Below are positions 1 through 10,599 of a DNA stretch of 41,779 nt, one piece after another. Position numbers and translations under genes: made by a program. This stretch comes from Chrysochromulina tobinii (lineage: Eukaryota). A model generated the notes under the pieces. It was not told the DNA's origin. It did not search any database and worked only from the letters and a program-made list of their open reading frames with translations. Position 1 is the first letter of the stretch. Each line of letters begins with the position of its first letter. Where the stretch lies: NCBI GenBank assembly GCA_001275005.1, contig JWZX01003269.1, positions 62,001 to 103,779 on the forward strand, written 5' to 3'.

Positions 1-180
1 TGACGCCGGGTGGGCGGGGTTAAGAAACTCTTGTATACTTGTAAGACTAAGCCTAGGTGTGGTGAGCCGTAAGCGGCGAGGCTGCTGCCGCCGTCCGAGT
101 GCGAGTCGTCCGCCCCGCCCGACTATTTGAACGGAAGTCGGAACGCAGAACGGCGATTCGCGGTGTCGTACCGTATGTCG

Positions 181-602
181 CGCGCGAGATTTTGACCTTG
201 GACGGGAGGGTTTCAACACTCAGGTCGAGGCCCTCCGCCCCTCCGCCCCATAGAGTTACCACCTATGGTGTTTCGTTTCAACATAGTGCGTTTCCGCACG
301 ATTCCGGTATAGCGTATACGGTACCTTTCACTGTTACCTTTCTGTTGGAGATTGTTCAACGGCGCGAGATTTTGACCTTGGGGGAGGGTTTCAACACTCA
401 GGTAATTACCCTATGGTGTTTCTCGTACGTGAGCTCGTTGAGGGATGGTGTTTCTACATAGTTGGGCGCGAGATTTTGACCTTGGGGGAGGGTTTCAACA
501 CTCAGGTAATTACCCTATGGTGTTTCTACATATTGGGGCGCGAGATTTTGACCTTGGGGGAGGGTTTCAACACTCAGCGGTAATTACCATTGGTTTCTAC
601 AT
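181..602. repeat. Degenerate tandem array of a ~72-bp unit, 4 copies
   Basis: Core GGCGCGAGATTTTGACCTTGGGGGAGGGTTTCAACACTCAG recurs at ~181, 361, 465 and 537 (spacings 180, 104, 72), each followed by variants of GTAATTACCCTATGGTGTTTCTACAT. Copies 1 and 2 carry insertions. Confidence 0.92.
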
Positions 603-785
603 TGTGTTCAAGTATTACAAGAATCGAGCGTACGGTAGACCCTCTTTTTATGAACACACACGAATACAGAATATAGGTGAAAGACAGCCAACACGATGGG
701 TAACTTGCTGACAGTGCCGGGCCTCCGGGGGAACATCGCCTCCGCGTGTGAATCAAATTTATCTTATGCGGATGGGGCCGAGTGA

Positions 786-3092
786 TCATATGGATTGGAT
801 CGTCGGCGCCTCGACGTCATGGACGACAAGAGAGTCGAGCAGCTGGTGGAAGAGGATGCGCCCAAGCTCGTCCTTGGGCGCCGCCTCGGCGAGCGTGAGC
901 ACCTGCGTATGCGCGATGAGCTCATGTGCCTCTCGAGGAGAATCTCCCTCGTTCTCCGCCATCGCGCCCACGAGCGCCTCGACCGCCGCCACAAAGTCGC
1001 CGCGGCTCACCACCGCCGTCTTAGCATGGGACGTGTGCACAGCCATCTTCTTCCATCGACCCGCCTCCGCGTCCGTTATCGGCGGCGTCTTCTCCTTCTG
1101 TGCGACGAGCGAGAGCGCCTTGCGCAGGGGCAGCGACTGTGCGTGCACAAGGCTCAGCAGCGTGTCGGGCGCCGTGTCGGGCGCGCTCTCGCGCTTGCCG
1201 GCCATCGAGGGGTCGCGCATCTCCACATGGAAGCGCTCGATGAACGCCTCAAACCTCACGGCAGGATACAGCTCCGGGCTCAGAACACTCGCGCCGGCGC
1301 TCGGTTCGGTGATCACCTTGGCGAGGCTCGTTTGGAAGCGTTCCGGAAGCGCATCCCAATCGATGCGAAGGTCGAGCGCTTCGGCGAGCTCCTCCCTGAA
1401 CATGTCGAGCGGCAGCAGCCCACCACCCTTGCTCGCGCGCCCCATGTGCACCAGCATCGTGTGCCGCCTTGTGAGCGCCGCGCGCAGCGTGGCGCGGCGC
1501 TGGCACACGCGCGCGCGCACGGTTGACAGGAGGGTGTCCACGAAGCCGCCCAGCGACCGTTCGACCTCGTGGACCTCCATGGTGACGCGTTTGAGCAGCT
1601 CGTCCTTGAGCTTCGCCTGCCGCCTCTCCGCGTTCGCCTGCGCGCGCGAATGCCACCCCTTGATCATATTCCTCTCCATCGTCTTGAGGCGCTTCATGGT
1701 GGGCGATTGCATCTTGAGGGCGCGGAGCTTCATCTCGCTCTTGATGGCCTCGTCCGTGGCCTTGCGCAGGTCCTCGAGCGAGGCAGCCATGTGCTCCTCG
1801 ATGGACACCGCACCGGTTGCGGGCACGATCAGCACGCCGCCACGGTTCATGCACACGCCTGCGTAGTTGGACGCCGAGAAGACTGTGATCACTCTGGCAC
1901 CATGGTGGAGACCGAATCCGCGCCGGCCGGGGGGAACTTGATGGGAGCGCACGACGAGCTGCAGGCCGCTAGCCTCGAGGAATTCATCGGTCACGTCAGG
2001 CCCCCATTTGATCGTATCGTCGCCGCGTCCGCCGCTCTGGATGCCGTCGTCCTCCATTGGATCACTCCATAGGGAGTCGAAGAGGAGCGTCTCCGCTGCC
2101 GTGCCCGGTCGTTGAGGCACGTCAATCTTGTATTTCATCCGGCGGAGAGCGGCGAGTGGATCCGCGCGTTCGCGCGAGAGCCCGCCGTGGATCACCATGA
2201 TCTGCGTGCCCACCACCGCCGCCACGGGTAGATGGTTGAAGAGAAGCTGGAAGAGCTCAAATGTGTCGTCATCGTACTTGGTTAGCACCTCATCGCGAAA
2301 GCCGCCGCCGGACGAGGCGGGACGCTCGTTGATGTCGCGCGCCTCGTGGTTGCCGCGCGTCACAACTACCGATCCGGGGCAGCACACGTTGAAGAGCAGC
2401 ACAAGCACGAAGATCTCGCATGCATTCGGGCCGCGGTCGGCGATGTCGCCGTTGAAAATGTATCGATTGGTGGCCGAGGGCTTGCCGTGCGTCAGCAGTA
2501 TGTGCAGCGCGTCCTGCAGCTGGCCATGCGTGTCGCCGACAATAATCAGGCGCTCGTCGTCCGATTTCGGCGGCGAAACGTCCACTACTCCGCCGCCATT
2601 CTTCGCAAGCTGCTCGATCTCAGCGAGTATCACGCGGTAGACGAGGCGCTTGGGCAGCGGCGGGCAGTGCGGCACGAGCAACGTGTCCATTACGTCAAAG
2701 GCGGCCGTGGTTGGGAGCGTCGGCGAGTCGAGTGCGGCCCACTTGTTCCAAACCGCGGCGTCAGACGGCATCGGGGGTGACTCTTCCATCTCTTCCTCAA
2801 TCGTCCGCATCTCCTCCAGCAGCGAGCGCATGTAGCGGATCTTATCTTCGATTGTCCATTCATCGTCGTCGGGCTCCTCCTCAAGTGACGAGATGCTTAA
2901 CCTGGCCGTCATGTTTGCCAACACTTTGTCAGCCGCCTGCAGGGACTTCTCGTCCGACTGTTCGATCATGTTGAAGCTCTCGAAGTTCTCGGTGTGCTCC
3001 TTGAGCTCCGGCGCAGCAGATCTGCTTTGCGCCGCAGTGGCCGGAGGAATTGAGATGACGAAACCATCTTCTTTGGAGGAAGCGCAGCCCAT
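786..3092 (-). CDS. PPP-family Ser/Thr protein phosphatase, PPEF/PP7/PP5-like, probably N-myristoylated and palmitoylated
   Basis: Full PPP motif set: GDTHGQ, GDIADRG, RGNHE, HGG, LWSDP, RSHQ, FSASNY. Start placed at MGCASSK (3092), an acylation-type N-terminus. Long helical C-terminal extension. Confidence 0.9.
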   Translation of the reverse strand: MGCASSKEDGFVISIPPATAAQSRSAAPELKEHTENFESFNMIEQSDEKSLQAADKVLANMTARLSISSLEEEPDDDEWTIEDKIRYMRSLLEEMRTIEEEMEESPPMPSDAAVWNKWAALDSPTLPTTAAFDVMDTLLVPHCPPLPKRLVYRVILAEIEQLAKNGGGVVDVSPPKSDDERLIIVGDTHGQLQDALHILLTHGKPSATNRYIFNGDIADRGPNACEIFVLVLLFNVCCPGSVVVTRGNHEARDINERPASSGGGFRDEVLTKYDDDTFELFQLLFNHLPVAAVVGTQIMVIHGGLSRERADPLAALRRMKYKIDVPQRPGTAAETLLFDSLWSDPMEDDGIQSGGRGDDTIKWGPDVTDEFLEASGLQLVVRSHQVPPGRRGFGLHHGARVITVFSASNYAGVCMNRGGVLIVPATGAVSIEEHMAASLEDLRKATDEAIKSEMKLRALKMQSPTMKRLKTMERNMIKGWHSRAQANAERRQAKLKDELLKRVTMEVHEVERSLGGFVDTLLSTVRARVCQRRATLRAALTRRHTMLVHMGRASKGGGLLPLDMFREELAEALDLRIDWDALPERFQTSLAKVITEPSAGASVLSPELYPAVRFEAFIERFHVEMRDPSMAGKRESAPDTAPDTLLSLVHAQSLPLRKALSLVAQKEKTPPITDAEAGRWKKMAVHTSHAKTAVVSRGDFVAAVEALVGAMAENEGDSPREAHELIAHTQVLTLAEAAPKDELGRILFHQLLDSLVVHDVEAPTIQSI

Positions 3093-3590
3093 GGCTGGCT
3101 CGAGTGCTTGTAGGCACTCGCCGGCACCGTGCCGCGGCGGACTGCCTCTCAGAGGAGCGGAGGGGACGAGCAATTTTGGTGCCTCGACGCAAGTTTCGCG
3201 TCGTGGTGAATTGGGAGGTGAATTGGACACGCCCGCCGCGGTCCGACCTTCACCTTGGGCCCCACCAATGGGCCCCACACGCGTTCACTCCGTGCTCGAA
3301 AGTAGACCAGCATATACCGGCATGAATCTTGAATCCCGCGGCATCCAAACGTCCTAGCTCCTATACCGTACGTCGACGGTGTCGGCTTGGGTGTCGGAGT
3401 ATGACGGAAAAAGTTGCCGCCTCAGACACGGAGTACTCCGACCGCGCGACGCCGGTATACACCGGGTGAACACCGCTACGTGTATCAAAACTTTGAGAAT
3501 CGCGAGTTCGCGTCTCTCTGAGTAATCAGGTGTGTACACAAATATCCATATGCCCATGCATAGATCGCTCGCGCCGCCATCACAGTATTG

Positions 3591-4673
3591 TCATACGACA
3601 TCGCGCACGTGTTCGTGTCCACTGGCCGACCCCCCGGCGCCAGATCTCCGATTGTGCGCGATGGACGCGGCCGTGCCGGCGGCAAGCAGCGCCAGGATGA
3701 CTGCGAGCGACAGGAAGGAGGAGACGTGGATGCCAAAGTACTCGGCGACCATCTTCATCCCCACGAAGCCGAGGATGGCGGCGACCGCGTGGCGCAAGTA
3801 TAGGAGCTGTTGGACTGATTTGGCCAGGATCAGGTAGAGTGAGCGCAGCGCCATGAGAGCAAAGATGTTCGATGAGTAGACGATGAAAGGGTCATGCGTG
3901 ATGCCCACGACCGCCGGGATCGAATCGACCGCAAACAGCACGTCGCTCAGTTCGATGCAGACGAGCACGACGAGCATAGGCGTCGCGCGCCGTGTGCCTT
4001 TCACGGTGGTGAAGAACGCGTCGCCATCGTACTCATCGGTCGCGTCGACGAGCCAGCGAGCTATCTTCATCACCGCGTTGTCGCTGAGGTCCTCATCATT
4101 CTCGGGCTGGAGCATCTTGTACGATGACCAGATCAAGATGAGTGCGAAGAGGAGTAGCACCGGACGGAAGCGCTCGACGGCCGCCACGCCCATCGCGATC
4201 ATCACGCCGCGCAGCACGAGCGCCGACATGATGCCCCATTTGAGCACACGCTCCGTGTATTCATCGGGCACGTGGAAGTATTCGAAGATCATAAGGAAGA
4301 CGAACAGGTTGTCCACCGAGAGCGACTTCTCGACGAGGAAACCCGTTACGAAGTCGAGGGTCGCCTGCGAGCCTTTGAGTGGCAGCACGACGCCCACAGC
4401 AAAGGCAGCCGTTGCGATGAACGACCAAATAGTGGTGATGATCGCCCGTCGCTGCTGCAGGGCAGTGCCACCCTTGGCAGTGGTGTGCGACCGTGATTCT
4501 GGTGAGTCAGAATGCAGCAGCTCACGCCGGCGCCGTTCACGCCCGGCATGAGAAAGACCCAGCCCGCTGCTGTCAATCGAAGCCACCGGCGCGTGCCAGG
4601 AATTGAGCGGCCGAAGCGAGCCTGCATCATTCCGACGCTTCGGCAGCGGTGGTGCGAAGTCGTCGTAGTCCAT
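3591..4673 (-). CDS. terC: TerC/Alx-family integral membrane protein (thylakoid TERC-like)
   Basis: Motifs LVEKSLSVDNLFVF, LRGVMI, ELSDVLFAVDSIPAV and DPFIVYSSNIFALMALRSLY; multiple TM helices. True start uncertain. Confidence 0.88.
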   Translation of the reverse strand: MDYDDFAPPLPKRRNDAGSLRPLNSWHAPVASIDSSGLGLSHAGRERRRRELLHSDSPESRSHTTAKGGTALQQRRAIITTIWSFIATAAFAVGVVLPLKGSQATLDFVTGFLVEKSLSVDNLFVFLMIFEYFHVPDEYTERVLKWGIMSALVLRGVMIAMGVAAVERFRPVLLLFALILIWSSYKMLQPENDEDLSDNAVMKIARWLVDATDEYDGDAFFTTVKGTRRATPMLVVLVCIELSDVLFAVDSIPAVVGITHDPFIVYSSNIFALMALRSLYLILAKSVQQLLYLRHAVAAILGFVGMKMVAEYFGIHVSSFLSLAVILALLAAGTAASIAHNRRSGAGGSASGHEHVRDVV

Positions 4674-4991
4674 CGAGACGAGCAGGAGTCCGAGGAGAAG
4701 GCCACGAGGCAGGCTCGCATGCAGTGTGGGTTTCTGCGAATCTATGTAAAGTTGCCGGCGGCCGTGCCCGAGCGCCGCACCGAGCGCGTTTTCGCAACCA
4801 GTTCAGTCTGCCTTCTAGGCGGGGCTGATCTCCGTGGATTTAGAGCGTCGTTGGACTGTGGACTCCAGTTGACCCGTGATCTCATCCTGCTGAGCTAATT
4901 ATAGTCTCCGAACAATCCGGATAGAAATACATGTCATTAAAGTCCAAGTGATCTCCCCAAAAACCCTGCAGGTTTTTGGAGACCAGAAAAC

Positions 4992-6401
4992 ATGCGGCCT
5001 CGCCTCTTGACGGGCGGGAGCAAACATTTGACAAAGCCACAGGGTCCCGAGCTCATACACACCGTGTATGCTTCGCATGCAATCCGTCTCAAGGGAGAGG
5101 ACGGGTTACGCGTCCAGCGTATCGTCATCGGGGGAGACGTCGTGCTCTGCGCAGTCGTTGTGGATGGGCACGGTGGCCATCAAGCGGCCTTGCTCGTGGT
5201 GACTTGCATCATCGAGCTCCTTTGTGAAGAGAGCCAGGGTGACGCGAGCGGAAGAGCGCTCTCTCGGGCCCTTGAGCGAGCCTTTGCCCGGCTTCACGCG
5301 AAGCTGCTCCAGGACGACCTGCACACGGCAGGCACCGCAGTGACCGTATGCCTGCTCAACGAGACGCGCCGGGAGCTGACGACGGCGCACGTGGGCGACG
5401 CGGCGGCATTCCTCGTTCCAGCCGCGCCCAACGTCGGCGCACATCAGCATGCCGCCATTCCCCTTACGTGCCAGCATCGCCTCGACGACAGCCAGGCTGA
5501 GCGTCGACGCGTCAAGGCGACAGGCGGGAGGCTAGGGAAAACAGAGCAGGCTGGGCCGGTGCGCGCCTACCCGGGTGGCGTGGCCTGCGCGCGCGCGCTC
5601 GGCGACAGTGACTGCGGGCCGTGGCTGAGCCCCATCCCGGACACGAGTGTGCTACCCTTTCCGGAGGGGTCGTACCTCCTGATCGCGAGTGACGGGGTCT
5701 GGGATGCCATGGCGCCTGAGACGGCCGTCAAGCTGGCATGCGAGGAAAAGGACGTGCACAACGCATCGAAACGAGTCGCGGTCCATGCGCTAGCAGCGCA
5801 CGGGCCCAGCGACGATATCACGTGCATATGCATCATCGGCGGCAGGGCCCAGGCTGGCGGCAGCGTGCACGGCGGCAGCGTGCACGGCGGCAGCGTGCAC
5901 GGCGGCAGCGTGCACGGCGGCAGCGTGCACGGCGGCAGCATGCACGGCGGCAGCGTGCACGGCGGCAGCGTGGGCAGCGGCAGCGTGCACGGCGGCAGCG
6001 TGCACGGCGGCAGCGTGCACGGCGGCAGCGTGGGCAGCGGCGGCGCCTACAGCGGCGCAGGGGGGTGTGATCATGATTTCCATCATCACGGCAGCGTGGG
6101 CAGCGGCGGCGCCTACAGCGGCGCAGGGAGGTGTGATCATGATTTCCATCATCACGGCATCGGCATCACGCCGGCAACACTCTCGCCACGGTTCATGCAG
6201 CTGCTGCCTAAGCCCAAGAGCCTCGGCAACGAGACCCGCCGCGGCGAGACCCGCAGCTGCACCAACTCCGGCGACTGTGGCGTCGGGCTGCTCGGCCTGG
6301 ACGGCTTGGCAATCGTGACACGCAAGGTGAGCACGCCCGACCGGATGGTGAAGCACGTCCTGTCTGCGAAGAAGGGCCACAAATTAGGCATTCGGGTATA
6401 G
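4992..6401 (+). CDS. PP2C (PPM) family phosphatase with a Gly/His-rich repetitive C-terminal tail
   Basis: PP2C motifs VDGHGG, AGTAV, AHVGD, ARALGD, IASDGVWD and DDITCI. Confidence 0.88.
   Translation: MRPRLLTGGSKHLTKPQGPELIHTVYASHAIRLKGEDGLRVQRIVIGGDVVLCAVVVDGHGGHQAALLVVTCIIELLCEESQGDASGRALSRALERAFARLHAKLLQDDLHTAGTAVTVCLLNETRRELTTAHVGDAAAFLVPAAPNVGAHQHAAIPLTCQHRLDDSQAERRRVKATGGRLGKTEQAGPVRAYPGGVACARALGDSDCGPWLSPIPDTSVLPFPEGSYLLIASDGVWDAMAPETAVKLACEEKDVHNASKRVAVHALAAHGPSDDITCICIIGGRAQAGGSVHGGSVHGGSVHGGSVHGGSVHGGSMHGGSVHGGSVGSGSVHGGSVHGGSVHGGSVGSGGAYSGAGGCDHDFHHHGSVGSGGAYSGAGRCDHDFHHHGIGITPATLSPRFMQLLPKPKSLGNETRRGETRSCTNSGDCGVGLLGLDGLAIVTRKVSTPDRMVKHVLSAKKGHKLGIRV
5856..6155 (+). repeat. Coding minisatellite: 12 x 15 bp (GGSVH) plus 2 x 66 bp
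   Basis: GGCGGCAGCGTGCAC units span 5856-6035. A near-identical 66-bp duplication at 6024-6089 and 6090-6155 encodes GSVGSGGAYSGAGxCDHDFHHH. Confidence 0.95.
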
Positions 6402-6848
6402 GGTTTTACAATCCTCGGAGGCGGCGACCCTCGCGTAGTGACCAATTGGTAGTGACGTAGCGTAGAATCGCCGCACGTGAGACGTGTCCTCAGCTCATCG
6501 CATAATACTAAATAATACGCTGTGTGTTTGAACGAGAGGCGAGATTGTTTTTCTCCCCACGCGTAAGCCGCTCTACTGCTGTACCGTACGGTATCACTGC
6601 ACAGTACCGTACGGCGTGCGTCTCGGGTCGTCGTCCCGACCCTTACGTGTACTTCCACATATCCCCCGCAGTGATATCGGATCACGAGAGTGACTGACCG
6701 TCTAGCACACGCAGTGGACGATCATTGTGTAGATTGGGGATGTGTACAAACATGTGGCATGTGGGGATGTCTCAGCATCGGCGTCGGCGTGTCGCGCACG
6801 TCCTCTCCGGCAGAAGAGCTATAGGAGAAGAGGCCGTGCGAGAGACAC

Positions 6849-8110
6849 TTAGACGAAGGCCTCACGCTTGCAGATGAGCACTAGGACGACGAGGAGCTTC
6901 GAGACGAGCAGCACCCATGTGACCACCTCCATGAACCTCGAGTCGACCGTGTCGGCCGCGAGCGCGAGCGTGTCGGTGCACATCGAGAAGATCGCGAGCA
7001 CGGCGAAGAGCGACAGGTGATCGTGCGCGTGCTCTGCATGCGCCCATTGGCCATACACGAGGAGCAGCGCGCCCCAGTCGACGTGGCGCACCCAGAGGAG
7101 CAGTGCGCACGAGAACGCGAGCACGAGCAGCACTTGCACCAGCTTCTGCGACGGCGCCATGTGGGCCCATCGGCCACGCACCGCATCGAGCAGCATGACC
7201 ACATGGTCCTCCCCGAGCTTGTGCCCGAGAGAGAGGTTGACGCCTAGGCCGAGGAGGCCGAAGAGCCACGCCAGCCGCACCATCCCGTACGAGATGCCCA
7301 AGTACGTGAGCCCGCCGCCCAGCGACGCAGGCGAGAGCGACGCGTAGGCCAGCAGCCTGCGCGAGGGCGGAGAAAGGCATTCGGTACTGTGGGGAAGAGT
7401 CGAGTCGGGGATGGCGATGTACCAAAGGACGAGGAGCGCCGGCAGGGCTCGGCAAGGGGCGGCGCAGATGAGGAGCGCACGCGCAGCATTCAGCGGGCTG
7501 GGCGCACGTCAGAAAGAGCAGCACGAGCAGCAGCATCCAGCCAACTGTGTGCGCGTAGAGACCGAGCCATTGGAGCATCGCCGGCGGTAGCTTGGCACGC
7601 ATCGCCCCGAACAGTCTGCACGCATCAAGCGCCTGGACGATAAAGACGAAGCCGAGCGTGCACGACCATAACCATGGCCAACCAGCCGAGCGCAGCGGTT
7701 GCGCGGCCAGCTGCACTGAGCGAGCAGGCTACGGTGTGTGCTGCTGCGATGCTGCCGCCCATAGAATCACACGCGGCCTGCAAACGGTCGCTCTGCAGAT
7801 CCCACGGTTCATCCTTGACCTTTGACCAGTAGAGGCCGGCGGTGATGAGCTTGAGCTGGTCATTGTACCCGAGCATCCACTCGGAGCCCGTCAGGCCGTA
7901 ACCGAGCACACCGCCGATGCCGCAGAGAATGACAACCTCGCACGGCCGTGAGTACTTGGACCAGTCGACGAGCTCGATCTTGACGCCCGAAACGAGTCCT
8001 GTCTCGGTCTCTTCGAAATCCTCCTCGTCGGCCTGGGCGATGTTTTTGTTCCGCGGCGTACCTTGCTCCGCGGCGGGTTCCATGGCCGCGCTGGCCGCAT
8101 CGGTCTTCAT
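6849..8110 (-). CDS. Uncharacterised multi-pass membrane protein; predicted exons 8110-7778, 7710-7508, 7356-6849
   Basis: Three hydrophobic ORF segments in different frames join in frame via a GC-AG intron (7777-7711, cag|GCCGCG...TGCAG) and a GT-AG intron (7507-7357, GTGCGC...CGCAG), giving ...LLVLLFLTLLAYASLSP... Confidence 0.6.
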
Positions 8111-8246
8111 GCGAGTTACCAAATCTGTCTTTTGGTTGCAGGGAACTGAGGCAGGCGTCCAGAGTGTGTAGAGTGTTGATAGAAGAACGGTTGTCGCCTC
8201 TGTCGTGTTAACGTTCACAAAAAAAAGGGTTGCAGACTTAGCAAAA

Positions 8247-9953
8247 ATGGCGCGCGCTGCAAAAATGGGGTCTGCAACCCCGTCCCCGCTGTGGCTGCTC
8301 GCATTGTCCTGTGTTCTGGGTGGCGCGGGAGCATATGACCCGGCGTCACCATTAACGTCAGGTGCGATCACCACTAACGCGTCCGAAGCCAACACAACGC
8401 TGCTGCAGCCCAATGCGACGCTAGACGACGCGACCGCCGTGGAAGACGAAGCGCTCCTACGCCTGTGCGAGCTCTGGATCCCTGCGGCCTACGTGCACCA
8501 AGCGGCCCTGCCGATGTGGTTCGTCCTCGTCATTACATGGTCGCTGTACTGTCTGCGGCACCAAAACTCCGTCAAAGACTTGCACAAGCTGCTAACGTGG
8601 GCGCCGTGTGTCGAGCTCCTCCACTCGCTCCTCTCCTACTACTATTTACGCTTTTGTCCGTGGCGCACCATCGCCGAGCGCATCTTGGGCGCCTGCTGGG
8701 TCGTGGTCTCAATCCTCAAGGAGCCGATTCTGCTGGTGTGCCTGCTGATGCTCTCCAAAGGTTGGTGCATCACGCGGCCGCACCTGCAATACCGCGAGAT
8801 TGTCTACTCGTCACTCCTGATCAGCCTGCTGTACATTTGCGTCATCTACGAGCTCTCGGCCCGCGGCGTGGGCTCTGCCGTGCCGGCGATCGTCCTCAGT
8901 ATCGTCATGCTCTATGCGGTCGTCGCGGCAATCGTCACCAACCTTCGCGTGCTCAAGATTCAGCTACTCATCGTCCGTGCGTTTGGCATCGACGCGACCA
9001 CCACGCCCGCGTACGCCAAGTACCGCATGTTCTGGGCTCTGCTGTACGCCTCCGCCATCTTCATCTTGTCCGACGTGATCCTCAAAGTTCTCGCGGCACT
9101 CGACATCGGAGCCCCATGGTTGCTCACGCTGCTGCGCCAGATGCTCGAGTTGGTCACCACGGCCATCCTCGGGTGGCAATTCAGGGCACGCCCCTTCAAC
9201 GCCCTGTTCGAGCAGGTGCAGGAGCTCGTGCAGCAGGCTGCGGCCGAAGTGTTGCCTCAGTTTTCCACCGTCACGGTGGATGTGGAGGAGCTCCGCGGCG
9301 ACGGCAGATTGCCGCCATGGTCGGCGGACCTCGACTTCGCTGCCGCCGCACCGCGCGCCATCTCTCGCGGTGACGCGCTGACAGCCACCGCCGCCGCCGC
9401 TGTAGCCGCCGCCGCCGCCGCCGCCGCGGGACGGCCTGTAGGAAGCACTCCGCGGGCTACAACTCCGCCTGCGGGGCCTGTTCGGAGCGCTCAGTACGGC
9501 GCACCGCCACACATGCTCGTGGTGCTGAACCCGGGTGAGGCTGGGCCAAGCTCAGGGTCGGCCGACGGAGACGACAAGGCGTGGAAGGAGGCCATGCATC
9601 GCTCCATTGTCGTCGCCATGCGTTTGCCCAGCCCCTCGGAGCATCCCGTGAGCGTGGAGGGCAGCGGCAGCAGCAGCCACCGGGGCGGCGTCAGGGGCTG
9701 GGGTAGGCGTGGCCGTGCCAGCCGGCGCCTCTATCCCGTCGGCGTCGCCGAGCCGCCACCCACAATCCCCATGGCTTCGATGACGGAGCTCATCGGAGTC
9801 CGTATCGGCGGCCAGCCGCGTGAGCCGAGCTCGCCGTTAAGAGGTTTCAGCAGTCGCAGGGTGGCACCCGAGTCGGCACCGCGCTTGAACCGGCCGCGGC
9901 CCGTGCGTGTGCCGAGTTCGCTGGGGGCAAATCCTGAGGCGTGGCTGCCGTGA
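8247..9953 (+). CDS. Seven-TM protein of the GOST / lung-7TM type (GPR107/108, TMEM87-like)
   Basis: Signal peptide (LWLLALSCVLGGAGA), N-glycosylation sequons, about 7 hydrophobic helices, DLHKLL after TM1, LLMLSKGWCITRPHL motif, low-complexity cytosolic tail. Confidence 0.7.
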   Translation: MARAAKMGSATPSPLWLLALSCVLGGAGAYDPASPLTSGAITTNASEANTTLLQPNATLDDATAVEDEALLRLCELWIPAAYVHQAALPMWFVLVITWSLYCLRHQNSVKDLHKLLTWAPCVELLHSLLSYYYLRFCPWRTIAERILGACWVVVSILKEPILLVCLLMLSKGWCITRPHLQYREIVYSSLLISLLYICVIYELSARGVGSAVPAIVLSIVMLYAVVAAIVTNLRVLKIQLLIVRAFGIDATTTPAYAKYRMFWALLYASAIFILSDVILKVLAALDIGAPWLLTLLRQMLELVTTAILGWQFRARPFNALFEQVQELVQQAAAEVLPQFSTVTVDVEELRGDGRLPPWSADLDFAAAAPRAISRGDALTATAAAAVAAAAAAAAGRPVGSTPRATTPPAGPVRSAQYGAPPHMLVVLNPGEAGPSSGSADGDDKAWKEAMHRSIVVAMRLPSPSEHPVSVEGSGSSSHRGGVRGWGRRGRASRRLYPVGVAEPPPTIPMASMTELIGVRIGGQPREPSSPLRGFSSRRVAPESAPRLNRPRPVRVPSSLGANPEAWLP

Positions 9954-10599
9954 GTATCTACAACCACATTCAAAAAATTTACTCTAGTTCTTTTGTACAC
10001 TTTCCCGGACACGCGACGCTGTCACACGCGGCCGCGACGACACCCGCACGGGCGGAGTCCGCCGGCGGTACCGCTACCGGCGGGCGGCGTACCGCCGCCC
10101 GTTGCGGTAGCTGGTCGTACCCCGAAGTACGGTATGCGGTTCTGGCATCTCTCTGTGCGCAACATCATCACCGGCGATCACTGAAAACTCCGCGCCCCGT
10201 GTCCGGGTGTTCACCGGGCACCGGGGGGTGGGGAGTCGCCGGTCCGGTCCCCCGCTCCGGCGCTCCGGAGCGCACGGCCCGGCGCTGCGGCGCTCCGCCC
10301 GAATCGCATCGTACCACAGGCACTGGTCAAGTGCAGCGCTCCTGGACGCAGGCCTTTCGTGCGCTGCTCTGCACCTCTCTCACTGTGCACTACCCCGCAC
10401 CGCACGACGCCACCGCATGTGGCGAACGCGCCAAGCGTCGCATGGTCCCTTACCCGCCGTTCTCCGCACCCTGCTGCGCCTACGCCCTCTGGACCTACGC
10501 GCGCGACGTCACGCGCCCGCTCACTCTCTGGTCACTCTCTGGTGGCGGCGTGCGCATGCTCACAACCTTTGCACGTTGTCCTACTCGATCGCATCTCGA

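Noticed and set aside
181..602. CRISPR array
   Set aside because: The inter-repeat sequences are mostly homologous to one another and very unequal in length, no cas genes are present, and the context is eukaryotic.
6575..6680. MITE suggested by TACCGTACGGTA palindromes and an ATCACTGC/GCAGTGAT inverted pair
   Set aside because: The inverted repeats are only ~8 bp, with no target-site duplication and no second copy in the window.
6849..8110. Frameshifted pseudogene
   Set aside because: Both frame changes are explained by plausible introns that restore a continuous hydrophobic protein.
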